Assembly: GCA_947624885.1 (NCBI GenBank)
Contig: CANQMD010000002.1
Coordinates: forward strand, 1-43,143
DNA length: 43,143 nucleotides
Direction of reading: 5' to 3'
Source: an uncultured Clostridia bacterium
GTDB lineage: Bacteria; Bacillota; Clostridia; Christensenellales; CAG-917
Position 1 is the first letter of the stretch, and each line of letters begins with the position of its first letter. Shown here piece by piece: positions 1 to 8,381 of this stretch. Under the pieces are notes generated by a model. That model worked only from the letters and a program-made list of their open reading frames with translations, ran no database searches and was not told the origin of the DNA. Both the position numbers and the translations under genes were made by a program.

Positions 1-30
1 GAAGAAGCCGCTTAACACGGGAAGGACAAC

Positions 31-67
31 GAATAAGCGGTTTGACTAACCGCCAAACCGCTTATTC
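31..67 (-). terminator. Long hairpin downstream of metQ (possible terminator lacking a clear U-tract)
   Basis: Perfect 14-bp arms GAATAAGCGGTTTG / CAAACCGCTTATTC (31-44 and 54-67) with a 9-nt loop. It lies 60 nt past the metQ stop on the minus strand. There is no T-run on either side. Confidence 0.35.
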
Positions 68-128
68 ATAGATTCCCTATGGAAGCCACCCTCATGGAGC
101 GCTTTTGTCGTCAATTTATTCGCTTATT

Positions 129-983
129 TCACAGCACAAATGACGGAACGACCGCGCCTTCGTAATTTTCGTTGATGAAGTCTATGACCTCCTGCGACTT
201 GAGAGCGTTCACAAGCGCTATGATCTTCTCGTCGTTTTCATGCCCGTGTTTGACGGCGATCACGTTTGCGTACAGTTGCGCCGCTTCGCCTTGCGCGTTT
301 TCCACGCCGAGCGCGTTTTTGATGTCGAGGCCCGCTTGGATCGCGTAGTTGCCGTTTATGACCGCGATCGTGCCGTTGTCGCTCTCTTCGAGCGTAAGCG
401 CGACAAGATTGGCTTCAACTGCGTGTATGGCGTTTCCTTTTGCGGCCTCAATGTCTTGGACGGTGAGGTTTACGTTGGGATCCGCGTTGGCGGGCAGGGT
501 GATGAAGCCCTCGTCGCGCAACACAAACAGGGCGCGTGTGAGGTTGGAGCCGTCATTGGGGATGAGTATATCGCGTCCCGTTTTTTGGTCGGAGTAGCTT
601 TGTTCGCTCACATTTTTTCCGTACACGGCAAACGGCTCGTAGTGTATCTTTGCGACGGCGATGAGGTCCGTTTCATACTGCGAGTTGTATGTGTTGAGAT
701 ATGGCGTATGCTGAAAATAGTTGGCGTTGAGCAATCCTTCGTCGAGCGCGGCGTTTGGCGTGAGGTAGTCGTCAAACACTTTGACCACAAGGTTATAGCC
801 TTGCTCCTTCAGCTTGCCTTTGATCGCGTTCAATATTTCCGCATGCGGGGACGCGCTTGCGCCGACGACTATTGTGTGCGGATCCTTGGGATCTGCGTTG
901 TTGCAAGCGGTGAGCGCGAGTGAGAGCGTAAGCGCGACAAGCGCTACGCAGATGATGACAGCGATGAGTTTTCTCTTTTTCAT
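129..983 (-). CDS. metQ: Methionine ABC transporter substrate-binding lipoprotein (MetQ/NlpA family)
   Basis: 284-aa ORF with a lipoprotein signal and lipobox LALTAC. The body is NlpA/MetQ-like (HTIVVGASASPHAEIL, NYFQHTPYL). An AGGAGAA RBS lies upstream. It is the third gene of the metN-metI-metQ cluster. Confidence 0.9.
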   Translation of the reverse strand: MKKRKLIAVIICVALVALTLSLALTACNNADPKDPHTIVVGASASPHAEILNAIKGKLKEQGYNLVVKVFDDYLTPNAALDEGLLNANYFQHTPYLNTYNSQYETDLIAVAKIHYEPFAVYGKNVSEQSYSDQKTGRDILIPNDGSNLTRALFVLRDEGFITLPANADPNVNLTVQDIEAAKGNAIHAVEANLVALTLEESDNGTIAVINGNYAIQAGLDIKNALGVENAQGEAAQLYANVIAVKHGHENDEKIIALVNALKSQEVIDFINENYEGAVVPSFVL

Positions 984-1039
984 AAAATTCTCCTGAAATT
1001 GATTTTTTATTTTTGTTTTACGTCCGACGGACGTTGTTT

Positions 1040-1825
1040 TTACAAATTTTGATCGTCTTGTCCCGCCATCTCGTCATTTACAGCGGATATTGGGGCGGGA
1101 AGTTCCTCTGCGGGGAGTTGTGCGGATGCCGCGGCGACTTTTTTTGTCCTCCCAAAATAGATGCGCCTGTCAAGACGCTTTGCAAGCAACATGCCAAGTT
1201 CTTGAATTATCTGCACTATGATCACGATGAGGGCGACGCACAGCCAGATCACGTCCTGCGCGTTGGAGGGACGAGCCTGCGTGACCGCAAGCGCTCCGAG
1301 TCCGCCACCGCTTATCGTGCCCGCCATTGCGGAGTAGCCGATTATCGTCACCGTAGATATGACCGCGCCGACGATGAGCGACGGTTTTGCTTCGGGCAGG
1401 TACACCTTCCAGATTATCTGCCAGGTATTCGCGCCCATAGACCTCGCCGCTTCGATCACGCCTTTGTCCACCTCCTTGATGGAGGATTCCACCATGCGGG
1501 CGACGTATGGCGCGGCGGCGACAACCAGCATAAAAATCATCGCCTCGTTGCCTATGCTTGTGCCGACGATCGCGCGGGAGGCGGGAATCAGCGCCACCAT
1601 AAGGATGATGAACGGTATCGAGCGCAGGATGTTGACCACAAACCCGATCAGCTTGTTCAGCCACGGTATGGGTTTTATTCCGCCTTTATCCGTCGCGCAC
1701 AGCAGTATGCCCAGCGGCAACCCTATCGCATATGCGACGACGGTGGAGATGAGCGTCATATATATTGTTTCAACTGTGGCGAGGGCAAATCCTTCAAACC
1801 CAAGCTGTCCGAAAAGTCTGCTCAT
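1040..1825 (-). CDS. metI: Methionine ABC transporter permease (MetI)
   Basis: 261-aa multi-TM ORF with a MetI-type EAA loop (EAARSMGANTWQIIWKVYLPEAKPS). Its start overlaps the metN stop in an ATGA. It carries an extra non-membrane C-terminal tail of about 45 aa. Confidence 0.9.
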   Translation of the reverse strand: MSRLFGQLGFEGFALATVETIYMTLISTVVAYAIGLPLGILLCATDKGGIKPIPWLNKLIGFVVNILRSIPFIILMVALIPASRAIVGTSIGNEAMIFMLVVAAAPYVARMVESSIKEVDKGVIEAARSMGANTWQIIWKVYLPEAKPSLIVGAVISTVTIIGYSAMAGTISGGGLGALAVTQARPSNAQDVIWLCVALIVIIVQIIQELGMLLAKRLDRRIYFGRTKKVAAASAQLPAEELPAPISAVNDEMAGQDDQNL

Positions 1826-2853
1826 AGTTCCTCCTCAAACTGCACGTTGTGCTTCGACAGATATTGTTTTGCTTTTTCAAGTTGACCGTCCTCTTCGCTG
1901 ACGGCGATCACCATATGTCCAAAGGGCTTTCCGTCTATATTTTTTGTATCCGCATACAGGATGTTCGCCTTCACGTTGCACTCCAGCGCCAGCCCGGATA
2001 TGACGGGCGCGTCCGTTTCCTCACCTGCAAAGATAAGGCGCAATTTTTTTCCGCCCTCGCTGTTTATCGTGCGAATGAGGTCGGGGATTATCAATTCCTT
2101 TGCGATTTCCGATCTCGGCTTTGAAAACACTTCGCGCACGCTCCCGGTTTCGGCGATACGGCTGTTTGAGATCACCGCCACATCCGTACAGATGCTTTCG
2201 ACCACCTTCATCTCGTGCGTTATGACGATCACCGTCACGCCGAGTTTTTCGTTGATGCTTTTCAGCAGCGCAAGTATAGACTGCGTCGTTGTGGGATCGA
2301 GCGCGCTTGTCGCCTCGTCGCAAAGCAAATATTTGGGTCCCGAAGCGAGCGCTCTTGCAATGGCGACGCGCTGTTTTTGTCCGCCGGACAGCTGCGACGG
2401 GTAGGCGTTCGCCTTATCGCTGAGTTCCACAAGTTCCAGCAACTCCTTCACTCTCTGTTCGCGTTCCTGCTTCGGCGCTCTGAACTTGACCGTGTTTTCG
2501 GTGGAGTTTTTGCGTTTCACGGGCGCTATATCCAGCGGAAAGCGCACGTTTTGCGCCACGGTGCGTTGCTCCAGCAGATTGAAATTCTGAAAGATCATGC
2601 CTATGTTTTTTCTCAACAGATTCAAGCGCTTCTGTTTTGCCAGCGTCACGTCCTCTCCGTCTATTACCACGCTGCCGCTTGTCGGGCGCTCCAGCAGATT
2701 GACGCACCTCACAAGGGTGCTTTTGCCCGCGCCGGACAGCCCGATGATGCCAAAAATGGAGCCGTCGGGGATCGTCAGGTCAATGTCGTTCAGCGCGACG
2801 GTATCTCCGTTTTTGGAGGGGTAGATTTTTGTCAGATGTTTCAGTTGTATCAT
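1822..2853 (-). CDS. metN: Methionine ABC transporter ATP-binding protein (MetN)
   Basis: Walker A GLSGAGKST, signature LSGGQKQRVAIARAL and Walker B LLCDEATSALD, with a C-terminal NIL-type domain. I prefer the ATG at 2853 (MIQLKHLTKIY). The ORF-track start at 2934 would read through the leader terminator hairpin. Confidence 0.9.
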   Translation of the reverse strand: MIQLKHLTKIYPSKNGDTVALNDIDLTIPDGSIFGIIGLSGAGKSTLVRCVNLLERPTSGSVVIDGEDVTLAKQKRLNLLRKNIGMIFQNFNLLEQRTVAQNVRFPLDIAPVKRKNSTENTVKFRAPKQEREQRVKELLELVELSDKANAYPSQLSGGQKQRVAIARALASGPKYLLCDEATSALDPTTTQSILALLKSINEKLGVTVIVITHEMKVVESICTDVAVISNSRIAETGSVREVFSKPRSEIAKELIIPDLIRTINSEGGKKLRLIFAGEETDAPVISGLALECNVKANILYADTKNIDGKPFGHMVIAVSEEDGQLEKAKQYLSKHNVQFEEEL

Positions 2854-2856
2854 ATC

Positions 2857-3058
2857 GTTCCTGCTTTTGCCGCTCTGCCGCGGCGGATATTGCGCAAAAA
2901 TAAAATCGCTCGGAAAGGTTTTCCGAGCGAGCATTGCGATTTGACTTAAGCCTCAGAGGACGGGAAAAAGTCCGTGCAATACTGCTCGGAATTTACGCAT
3001 GCCCATCATCATGTTGCTTATACGGTACACAGTCCGCCTCCTGCGCTTTGATGATTGA
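2857..3058 (-). promoter_or_regulatory. metNIQ 5' leader: candidate SAM/methionine-responsive attenuation element (S-box-like, atypical)
   Basis: The leader is about 170 nt, between the promoter and the terminator. Minus-strand segment AUCAAAGCGCAGGAGGCGGACUGUGUACCGUAUAAGCAAC loosely resembles the SAM-I P1-P2-P3 core AUCAAGAGAGGUGGAGGGACUGGCCCGAUGAAACCCGGCAACC. GCGUAAAUUCCGAGCAG resembles the GGUGCCAAUUCCUGCAG segment of SAM-I (P4 region). The 8-nt TTCCGAGC (plus-strand coordinates 2984-2991) is identical to the 3' arm of the terminator, so it can form an antiterminator with the 5' arm. Confidence 0.45.
2893..2930 (-). terminator. Intrinsic (attenuator) terminator in the metNIQ leader
   Basis: On the minus strand, an 11-bp stem TCGCTCGGAAA / TTTCCGAGCGA with a 3-nt loop is followed by TTTTATTTTT. 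It sits about 40 nt upstream of the metN ATG. Confidence 0.75.
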
Positions 3059-3088
3059 AGTATAAACAACTTTTGCGCCGCCTGTCAA
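3059..3088 (-). promoter_or_regulatory. Sigma-A-type promoter of metNIQ
   Basis: On the minus strand: TTGACA (3083-3088), an 18-nt spacer, then TATACT (3059-3064). Confidence 0.55.
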
Positions 3089-3175
3089 GCAAATTTTCCA
3101 AATTTTTTCCGTCGGGCAAAATTCGGCGTAAGTATTTTTGCGGAGGCAATGCATACAATATTGACGAGGTGATTC

Positions 3176-3886
3176 ATGTGGTCAAACGTAATAAGCATTG
3201 ACAAGCGGTACGACAGGGAGATCTCTTATATACTAGAGAGCATAGAAAACACCAACGACATATCTTATGCGACCGAGGAGTCCAGGGATAGGCTTTTCGT
3301 ATATCTTGCCAGCGCTTGCGAGGACGCGCAGACGGTTGAGAGCAAAGTGCAAAACATCGCGGGCACGGTCATTATAGATTTTTTCAAGTTGCGGTTTTTT
3401 TTGGAAAGATTGACCTTTGCGGGCATGAGCCTTGCGGAGTGCGCTCTTCTCAGCGCCATTGTGCACTTCGACAGCGATTTTGAACGCGCCGTATGCCAAA
3501 AGGCTTTTTCCACGTCGTCTGACTTCAACATAGACGGAGTGTTCAGGTTTAGGCTCAATGAACTCGCGGAAAATTGGAAGGAGTTGTCCGAGGTCGCATC
3601 GAGACTGCTTTGCGGCGTGACTTGCGAAAACGAGTTGTTTGACATCGCTTCGTTCATTACGGGCAGCGACGGAGGCAAAAACCAACTTTTGATAGAGCGG
3701 GGCAGACTCAAAAACATCACCTGCCACAAAACCGTCGAGGTGGTCAACCTCTTCGACAGGGCGGAGTTCAATCTGCTCAGCGCGATAATGGGCGAGCGCC
3801 CGCTTGAGATCCACGTGCGACATGGCGAACTTTCAAGCCCGTTGTGCTCCACGCTCAGACGCATTGCCAGAGTCATAGAAAAATAA
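3176..3886 (+). CDS. Hypothetical protein, possibly YtxC-like sporulation protein
   Basis: 236-aa ORF with a GAGGTGA RBS. The motif IDGVFRFRLNEL...ELSEV recalls the GF-x-FRL-x-x-Y core that I remember from YtxC-family proteins. The function is not verified. Confidence 0.55.
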   Translation: MWSNVISIDKRYDREISYILESIENTNDISYATEESRDRLFVYLASACEDAQTVESKVQNIAGTVIIDFFKLRFFLERLTFAGMSLAECALLSAIVHFDSDFERAVCQKAFSTSSDFNIDGVFRFRLNELAENWKELSEVASRLLCGVTCENELFDIASFITGSDGGKNQLLIERGRLKNITCHKTVEVVNLFDRAEFNLLSAIMGERPLEIHVRHGELSSPLCSTLRRIARVIEK

Positions 3887-3942
3887 TCTGGCGACGCAAC
3901 AACACGAAAAGTGTTTTAATTTTTCATGACATACTATGTTTT

Positions 3943-3963
3943 TGCGCCGAAATCGGCGCTTTT
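3943..3963 (+). terminator. Intrinsic terminator after the ytxC-like gene
   Basis: GCGCCG-aaat-CGGCGC hairpin followed by TTTTT. Confidence 0.6.
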
Positions 3964-4114
3964 TGTTGTCTTATGGGCAAAATCCACACGCATTGCGACA
4001 CGTTTCGTATTTTATATATATTTGCCATAAAACACGTTTCGTGTGCTATGTGTATTTTTGAATTTTTCGTGATCCAGACAAAATTGCGCATTACCTCGCT
4101 TCTGCTTGCGTGTT

Positions 4115-4152
4115 TTGAAAAAAACGTGTATTATTAACTATAAATGTATAAT
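4115..4152 (+). promoter_or_regulatory. Candidate rnj promoter
   Basis: TTGAAA (4115-4120), an 18-nt spacer, then TATAAA (4139-4144). A second TATAAT lies at 4147-4152. This gives a leader of about 60 nt to the rnj ATG. Confidence 0.4.
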
Positions 4153-4213
4153 AATTGTAGCGTGCGTCCGTCGCTATGACGGTGTCGCTGACAAATAGAA
4201 AATCGGAGAGTAA

Positions 4214-5857
4214 ATGGCAAAAAAGACAAAGTATGTAAAAGTTTCCTTTTTGGGCGGAGTCGGCGAGATCGGCAAAAACATGACCGTGATCGAGTGCGGC
4301 GACGACATGATCGTCGTTGACATGGGCATCACGTTCCCCAAAGAGGACAGTCCGGGCATGGACGCTATCATTCCGGACATAACCTATCTCAAGCAGAACA
4401 TAAAGAGGCTCAGAGGCATAGTGTTGACCCATGGTCATGAGGACCACATCGGCGCGATCCCATATTACGCGGAGGAACTTGGCAAAGTCCCTATCTACGG
4501 AACGGCGCTGACCATCGGGCTTTTACGCCGCAAGTTGGAAAAGAACGCCAAAAAGTGCAATCTTGTGACAGTCGCGGCGGGCGACGCTGTTACGCTCGGC
4601 AACATCAAAGTGGAGTTCATCAAGGTATGCCACTCCATGGCGGGCGCATGTGCGCTTGCGGTGTACACGGCGGGAGGCACTGTGTTTGTCACGGGCGACT
4701 TCAAGATCGACAACACTCCCATCGACGGCAAAAAGACAAACATTCAGCGCATTGCGGAGATCGGCGCGAAGGGCGTGACGCTTATGCTTGGCGAATCCAC
4801 CAACGTGGAGCGCAAAGGCAGTTCCACTTCCGAACGCGCTGTGGGGCAGACTCTTGAGAGCATTTTTGCGGCAAACAAAAAGAAGAGGCTGATCGTGGCG
4901 TGCTTCGCGTCCTCAAACTACCGCGTGCAGCAGGTGCTCACTTTGGCGCACAAATACGGGCGAAAAGTGGTGCTTGCAGGCAAAAGCATGAAGAGCATGG
5001 TCGAAGTCGCGTCAAGTTGCGGCGAATTGAACGTTCCGCGCGGCGTGATAGTGGACAGCATAGGCAAACTCAAGCCGGGCGAGGCGTTGATTTTGGCAAC
5101 GGGGTCGCAGGGCGAGCCTTTGTCCGCTCTCAACAAACTCAGCAAGGGCGAATTCAACAAGATCAACGTTGGCAAGGACGATCTTGTGGTGTTGTCCTCA
5201 TCGCCCATTCCTGGCAACGAGAAGGCGGTCTACGACGTGATCAACGCGCTGTTCAGGAAGGGCGCGGAGGTGATCTACGACAGCATGAACGACATCCACG
5301 TATCCGGTCACGCCTACGAGGAGGAGCTCAAACTTATGCTCAGCCTCGTGCATCCTCTCTACTTTATGCCCGTGCACGGCGAGTATCGTCACCAGCACAA
5401 GCATGTTGAGATCGCGGGGACGCTCGGCGTACCCTCCAAAAACATCGTCATACCCAATATCGGCGAAAGCTACAGCGTCACGCCCAAGGGATTTCGCAAA
5501 CATTCCAACGTTCCCGCGGGCAACATCTACGTTGACGGCGTGATCCTTGAGGACGGCGACGCGGTGGTCAGGGACAGGCGCTCGCTTGCGGAGTACGGCA
5601 TGTTGCTTGTGCTTGCGGCGGTGGATCTTGACAGAGGGAAGCTTTGCGGCGACGTAGACATAGTTGCGCGGGGCATCAATCTGACCGACGAGGTTCAGCG
5701 CAATGTCAAAAACGCCGCGGCGGAGGCTTTGAGATCCGCGGATTTTGACAAGTCCGACATAGACGAGTACGCAAAATGCCTCAAAAAAGCCGTTCGCAAA
5801 CTGTTTATGAAGGACAGACAGTTCCCCATCATAATTCCCGTCGTAGTGGAGGGCTAG
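4214..5857 (+). CDS. rnj: Ribonuclease J
   Basis: 547 aa with metallo-beta-lactamase/beta-CASP architecture. Motifs include the N-terminus VSFLGGVGEIGKNMTV and HGHEDHIG. GGAGAG RBS. Confidence 0.93.
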   Translation: MAKKTKYVKVSFLGGVGEIGKNMTVIECGDDMIVVDMGITFPKEDSPGMDAIIPDITYLKQNIKRLRGIVLTHGHEDHIGAIPYYAEELGKVPIYGTALTIGLLRRKLEKNAKKCNLVTVAAGDAVTLGNIKVEFIKVCHSMAGACALAVYTAGGTVFVTGDFKIDNTPIDGKKTNIQRIAEIGAKGVTLMLGESTNVERKGSSTSERAVGQTLESIFAANKKKRLIVACFASSNYRVQQVLTLAHKYGRKVVLAGKSMKSMVEVASSCGELNVPRGVIVDSIGKLKPGEALILATGSQGEPLSALNKLSKGEFNKINVGKDDLVVLSSSPIPGNEKAVYDVINALFRKGAEVIYDSMNDIHVSGHAYEEELKLMLSLVHPLYFMPVHGEYRHQHKHVEIAGTLGVPSKNIVIPNIGESYSVTPKGFRKHSNVPAGNIYVDGVILEDGDAVVRDRRSLAEYGMLLVLAAVDLDRGKLCGDVDIVARGINLTDEVQRNVKNAAAEALRSADFDKSDIDEYAKCLKKAVRKLFMKDRQFPIIIPVVVEG

Positions 5858-5858
5858 T

Positions 5859-6947
5859 ATGAAAAGAAAGCCAATTATCCTCATCATGACGTCGCACGAC
5901 GAGCAGAGCGGGGTGGCAAAGCGCCTCGCGGACGCGATCATGGCAAAAGGCACGCACAACGTCGTCGTCATGGGGGATGAAAAGTACGGCTCCGTCAAAA
6001 AACTTTCGTTGCTTGACAGGCTGATGGACGCGGGGCAGGAGTATCAATACCTGCTTGAGCGCAAGGACAGGGGCGTGCTGCGCGACAAACTCAAGGTGCG
6101 CAAATTTTCAAAGCGCGTCACGAGGATAGGCAACATGCTCAGGCGTTTCAATCCGGAGTATATTCTTTGCGTCACGCCGTATGCTCACCATTGCGCGGTG
6201 GAAGCCAAAAAAAAGTTGCGTTTTCGCGTCCGCGTCATATATCTTGTGATGTCGTTCACCGCGCCCAAGCGCGAGGCGGACGACGCGACCGACGCTTACA
6301 TCGTTGAAAACGCGGACGTAAAGGCGACGCTCATGCGCATGGGCGTTCATCCCAAGGACATTTTGACCATGGGTCTGCCCTTCGACAGCCCCAAACTTTC
6401 GCGAGGGGAGATCGCGATGGCAAAGCAGGAGTTGGGCTTGCCCGCGCAAAAGACGGTGTATGTTTCGGTGCACGACAAAAAACAGCTTGATCAAGCGTTT
6501 CAACTTTTGCTCGATCAGGGAAATATCGCCACGCTCGTCGTGAGGTGCGAAAACGCCAAACACAGGCAGGCGCTCACCTTGCTCGCCTCACAGGTGCCCG
6601 ACGTAAACATAGTTTTTGCGGCGACCAAGGAAAAGGAAGACGACTATCTCAGGGTGTCCGACGTGGCGATCATGAGTTACGACGTTCCTCTCATCTACAA
6701 ATGCATGAAACTCGGCGTTGCGCCTCTAGTCATTTCCTGCGACGAACACACCGAGCAGGACGTGTCCTATCTGCTTTCGCACGGGCTTATCGCGCGGGCA
6801 AAGGACGAGGTCGAGATGATCGGATTGCTATATAGGCTTTTGCAGACGGATCTTGCGGAGCAGCTTGCCGTCAGCGGCGGCAAGTGGACAGAGCTCGGCT
6901 CTGTCGAAAACATAACCAACTTTCTCATAACGTACATAGGCGTTTGA
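5859..6947 (+). CDS. UgtP/MGDG-synthase-like (GT28-type) protein with degenerate catalytic motifs
   Basis: 362 aa. Its layout is colinear with B. subtilis UgtP as I recall it: PIILIMTSHDEQSGVAKRLA versus VLILTANYGNGHVQVAKTL, and TDAYIVENADVKATLMRMGVHPKDILTMGLP versus VDKYYVATDYVKEKLLEIGTHPSNVKITGIP. The glycine-rich GNGH loop and the KPGG motif are not conserved. The start lies one nt after the rnj stop. Confidence 0.6.
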   Translation: MKRKPIILIMTSHDEQSGVAKRLADAIMAKGTHNVVVMGDEKYGSVKKLSLLDRLMDAGQEYQYLLERKDRGVLRDKLKVRKFSKRVTRIGNMLRRFNPEYILCVTPYAHHCAVEAKKKLRFRVRVIYLVMSFTAPKREADDATDAYIVENADVKATLMRMGVHPKDILTMGLPFDSPKLSRGEIAMAKQELGLPAQKTVYVSVHDKKQLDQAFQLLLDQGNIATLVVRCENAKHRQALTLLASQVPDVNIVFAATKEKEDDYLRVSDVAIMSYDVPLIYKCMKLGVAPLVISCDEHTEQDVSYLLSHGLIARAKDEVEMIGLLYRLLQTDLAEQLAVSGGKWTELGSVENITNFLITYIGV

Positions 6948-6960
6948 TACGGAGGAAAAT

Positions 6961-8277
6961 ATGAAACCATTGATCGCAGTCGTGGGCAGGCCAAACGTTG
7001 GCAAATCCACGCTGTTCAACAGGATCGCGGGCAGCAGGATCGCCATTGTCGAGGACGTGCCGGGAGTCACGCGCGACCGCATATACGCGGATTGCGAGTG
7101 GTGCGGCAGGGCGTTTACGCTCATAGACACCGGCGGGCTGGAGCTCAAAAGCGAGGACGAGATGTGGTCGCACATACGCGAGCAGGCGCAGATCGCCGTA
7201 GACAGCGCGGACGCGATCCTTTACGTTGTGGACGGCAAAACGGGTCTGACGACCGACGATTCTCTCGTATGCGGATTTTTGCGCAAATCGGGGTTGCCCG
7301 TCGTGCTTGCCGTCAACAAGGTGGACAACGTTGTCGACGACGCGTCTTACGAGTTTTACGCGCTCGGCTTCGGCGAGCCGCACGCCGTCAGCGCGGAGCA
7401 GGGCAAGGGGATAGGCGACCTGCTTGACGCGCTTATGGAAGTTGTCCCGTCCGCTCCCGTCGAGGAGGATCCCGAACGTATAAAGATCGCGATCGTCGGC
7501 AAGCCCAACGCGGGCAAAAGTTCCATTGCCAACAGGTTGCTCGGCTACGATCGCAGCATAGTCAGCGACATCGCGGGGACGACAAGGGACGCGGTCGACA
7601 CGGCGCTCAACGTCGGCGACGACAAATATCTCATCATCGACACCGCGGGCATGCGCAAAAAAAAGGCGGTGGACGAAGGTGTGGAAAGATATTCCGTCAT
7701 GCGATCCATTCTTGCGATCAGACGCGCGGACGTGGCGCTCATCGTGTGCGACGCGTCGACGGGGTTGACCGAGCAGGACGTGAGGATCGCGGGCATGGTG
7801 CACGAGGAGGGCAAACCCTCCGTCATAGTGATGAACAAGTGGGATCTTGTCGACAAGGATTCCTACACCGTCAACACTTTTGAAAAGAAGTTGCGCGAGG
7901 ACCTCAAATATATGGATTATTTCAAATCCGTCTACATCAGCGCGGCAAGCGGCAAGCGGGTGGACTCACTGTTGCCGATGGCGGCGGAGGCGGTCGCAAA
8001 CAGCCGCAAGCGCATATCCACGGGGCTGCTCAACGAGGTGCTTGGCGACGCGATCAGGATCAGCGAGCCGCCGTCCTATCTCGGCAGGCGACTGAAGATA
8101 TTTTTTGTCACGCAGGTGTCCGTCGCGCCGCCCACGTTTGTGCTCAAGGTCAACGATCCCACGCTCATGCACTTCAGTTACAAACGCTATCTTGAAAACG
8201 CTCTCCGCAAAAGTTTTGACTTTTCGGGCACTCCGATACGGCTTTTGGTGAGGACGAACAGCGGCGATGAGGAATGA
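6961..8277 (+). CDS. der: Ribosome-associated GTPase Der (EngA)
   Basis: 438 aa with two tandem GTPase domains (GRPNVGKST and GKPNAGKSS P-loops) plus a C-terminal KH-like domain. GGAGGA RBS. Confidence 0.95.
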   Translation: MKPLIAVVGRPNVGKSTLFNRIAGSRIAIVEDVPGVTRDRIYADCEWCGRAFTLIDTGGLELKSEDEMWSHIREQAQIAVDSADAILYVVDGKTGLTTDDSLVCGFLRKSGLPVVLAVNKVDNVVDDASYEFYALGFGEPHAVSAEQGKGIGDLLDALMEVVPSAPVEEDPERIKIAIVGKPNAGKSSIANRLLGYDRSIVSDIAGTTRDAVDTALNVGDDKYLIIDTAGMRKKKAVDEGVERYSVMRSILAIRRADVALIVCDASTGLTEQDVRIAGMVHEEGKPSVIVMNKWDLVDKDSYTVNTFEKKLREDLKYMDYFKSVYISAASGKRVDSLLPMAAEAVANSRKRISTGLLNEVLGDAIRISEPPSYLGRRLKIFFVTQVSVAPPTFVLKVNDPTLMHFSYKRYLENALRKSFDFSGTPIRLLVRTNSGDEE

Positions 8278-8381
8278 TTATATCTGCGTATAAATCGCAC
8301 AAAATGCGGTTTATATGACAAATTTTGACGCTTAAACACGTTTTTGTGCATTTTGGCATAAAATGTACGGGAGGCAGCGCT

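Noticed and set aside
240-923. Long ORFs antisense to or overlapping the called genes. Examples are 240-923 (+), 6925-7803 (-), 8187-9290 (-), 10247-11269 (-), 15064-15822 (+), 21670-22320 (-), 27935-28825 (-), 29072-29836 (-), 33078-33887 (-), 34013-34804 (-), 35203-36276 (-) and 40693-42255 (-).
   Set aside because: Each lies fully opposite a gene with unmistakable family motifs (metQ, der, the aminotransferase, spoIVA, the ABC ATPase, the LRR protein, the flippase, mazG, dus, pgk). Their translations are Arg/His/Ala/Gly-biased with no motifs, which is typical of shadow ORFs in moderately GC-rich coding DNA.
2854-2934. Upstream extended starts offered by the ORF track: metN at 2934, aminotransferase at 8325, spoIVA at 9848, degV at 13073, hydrolase at 17008, dnaB-like at 27248, LRR protein at 27923, spoVT at 31859 and dus at 35230.
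   Set aside because: Downstream in-frame starts are preceded by good Shine-Dalgarno sequences and coincide with the conserved family N-termini. The extensions would run through promoters, terminators or the upstream gene.
2857-3058. T-box leader for the met operon.
   Set aside because: The only T-box-like fragment (GUGUACCGUA) is at the 5' end of the leader rather than overlapping the antiterminator. No specifier-loop architecture is apparent.
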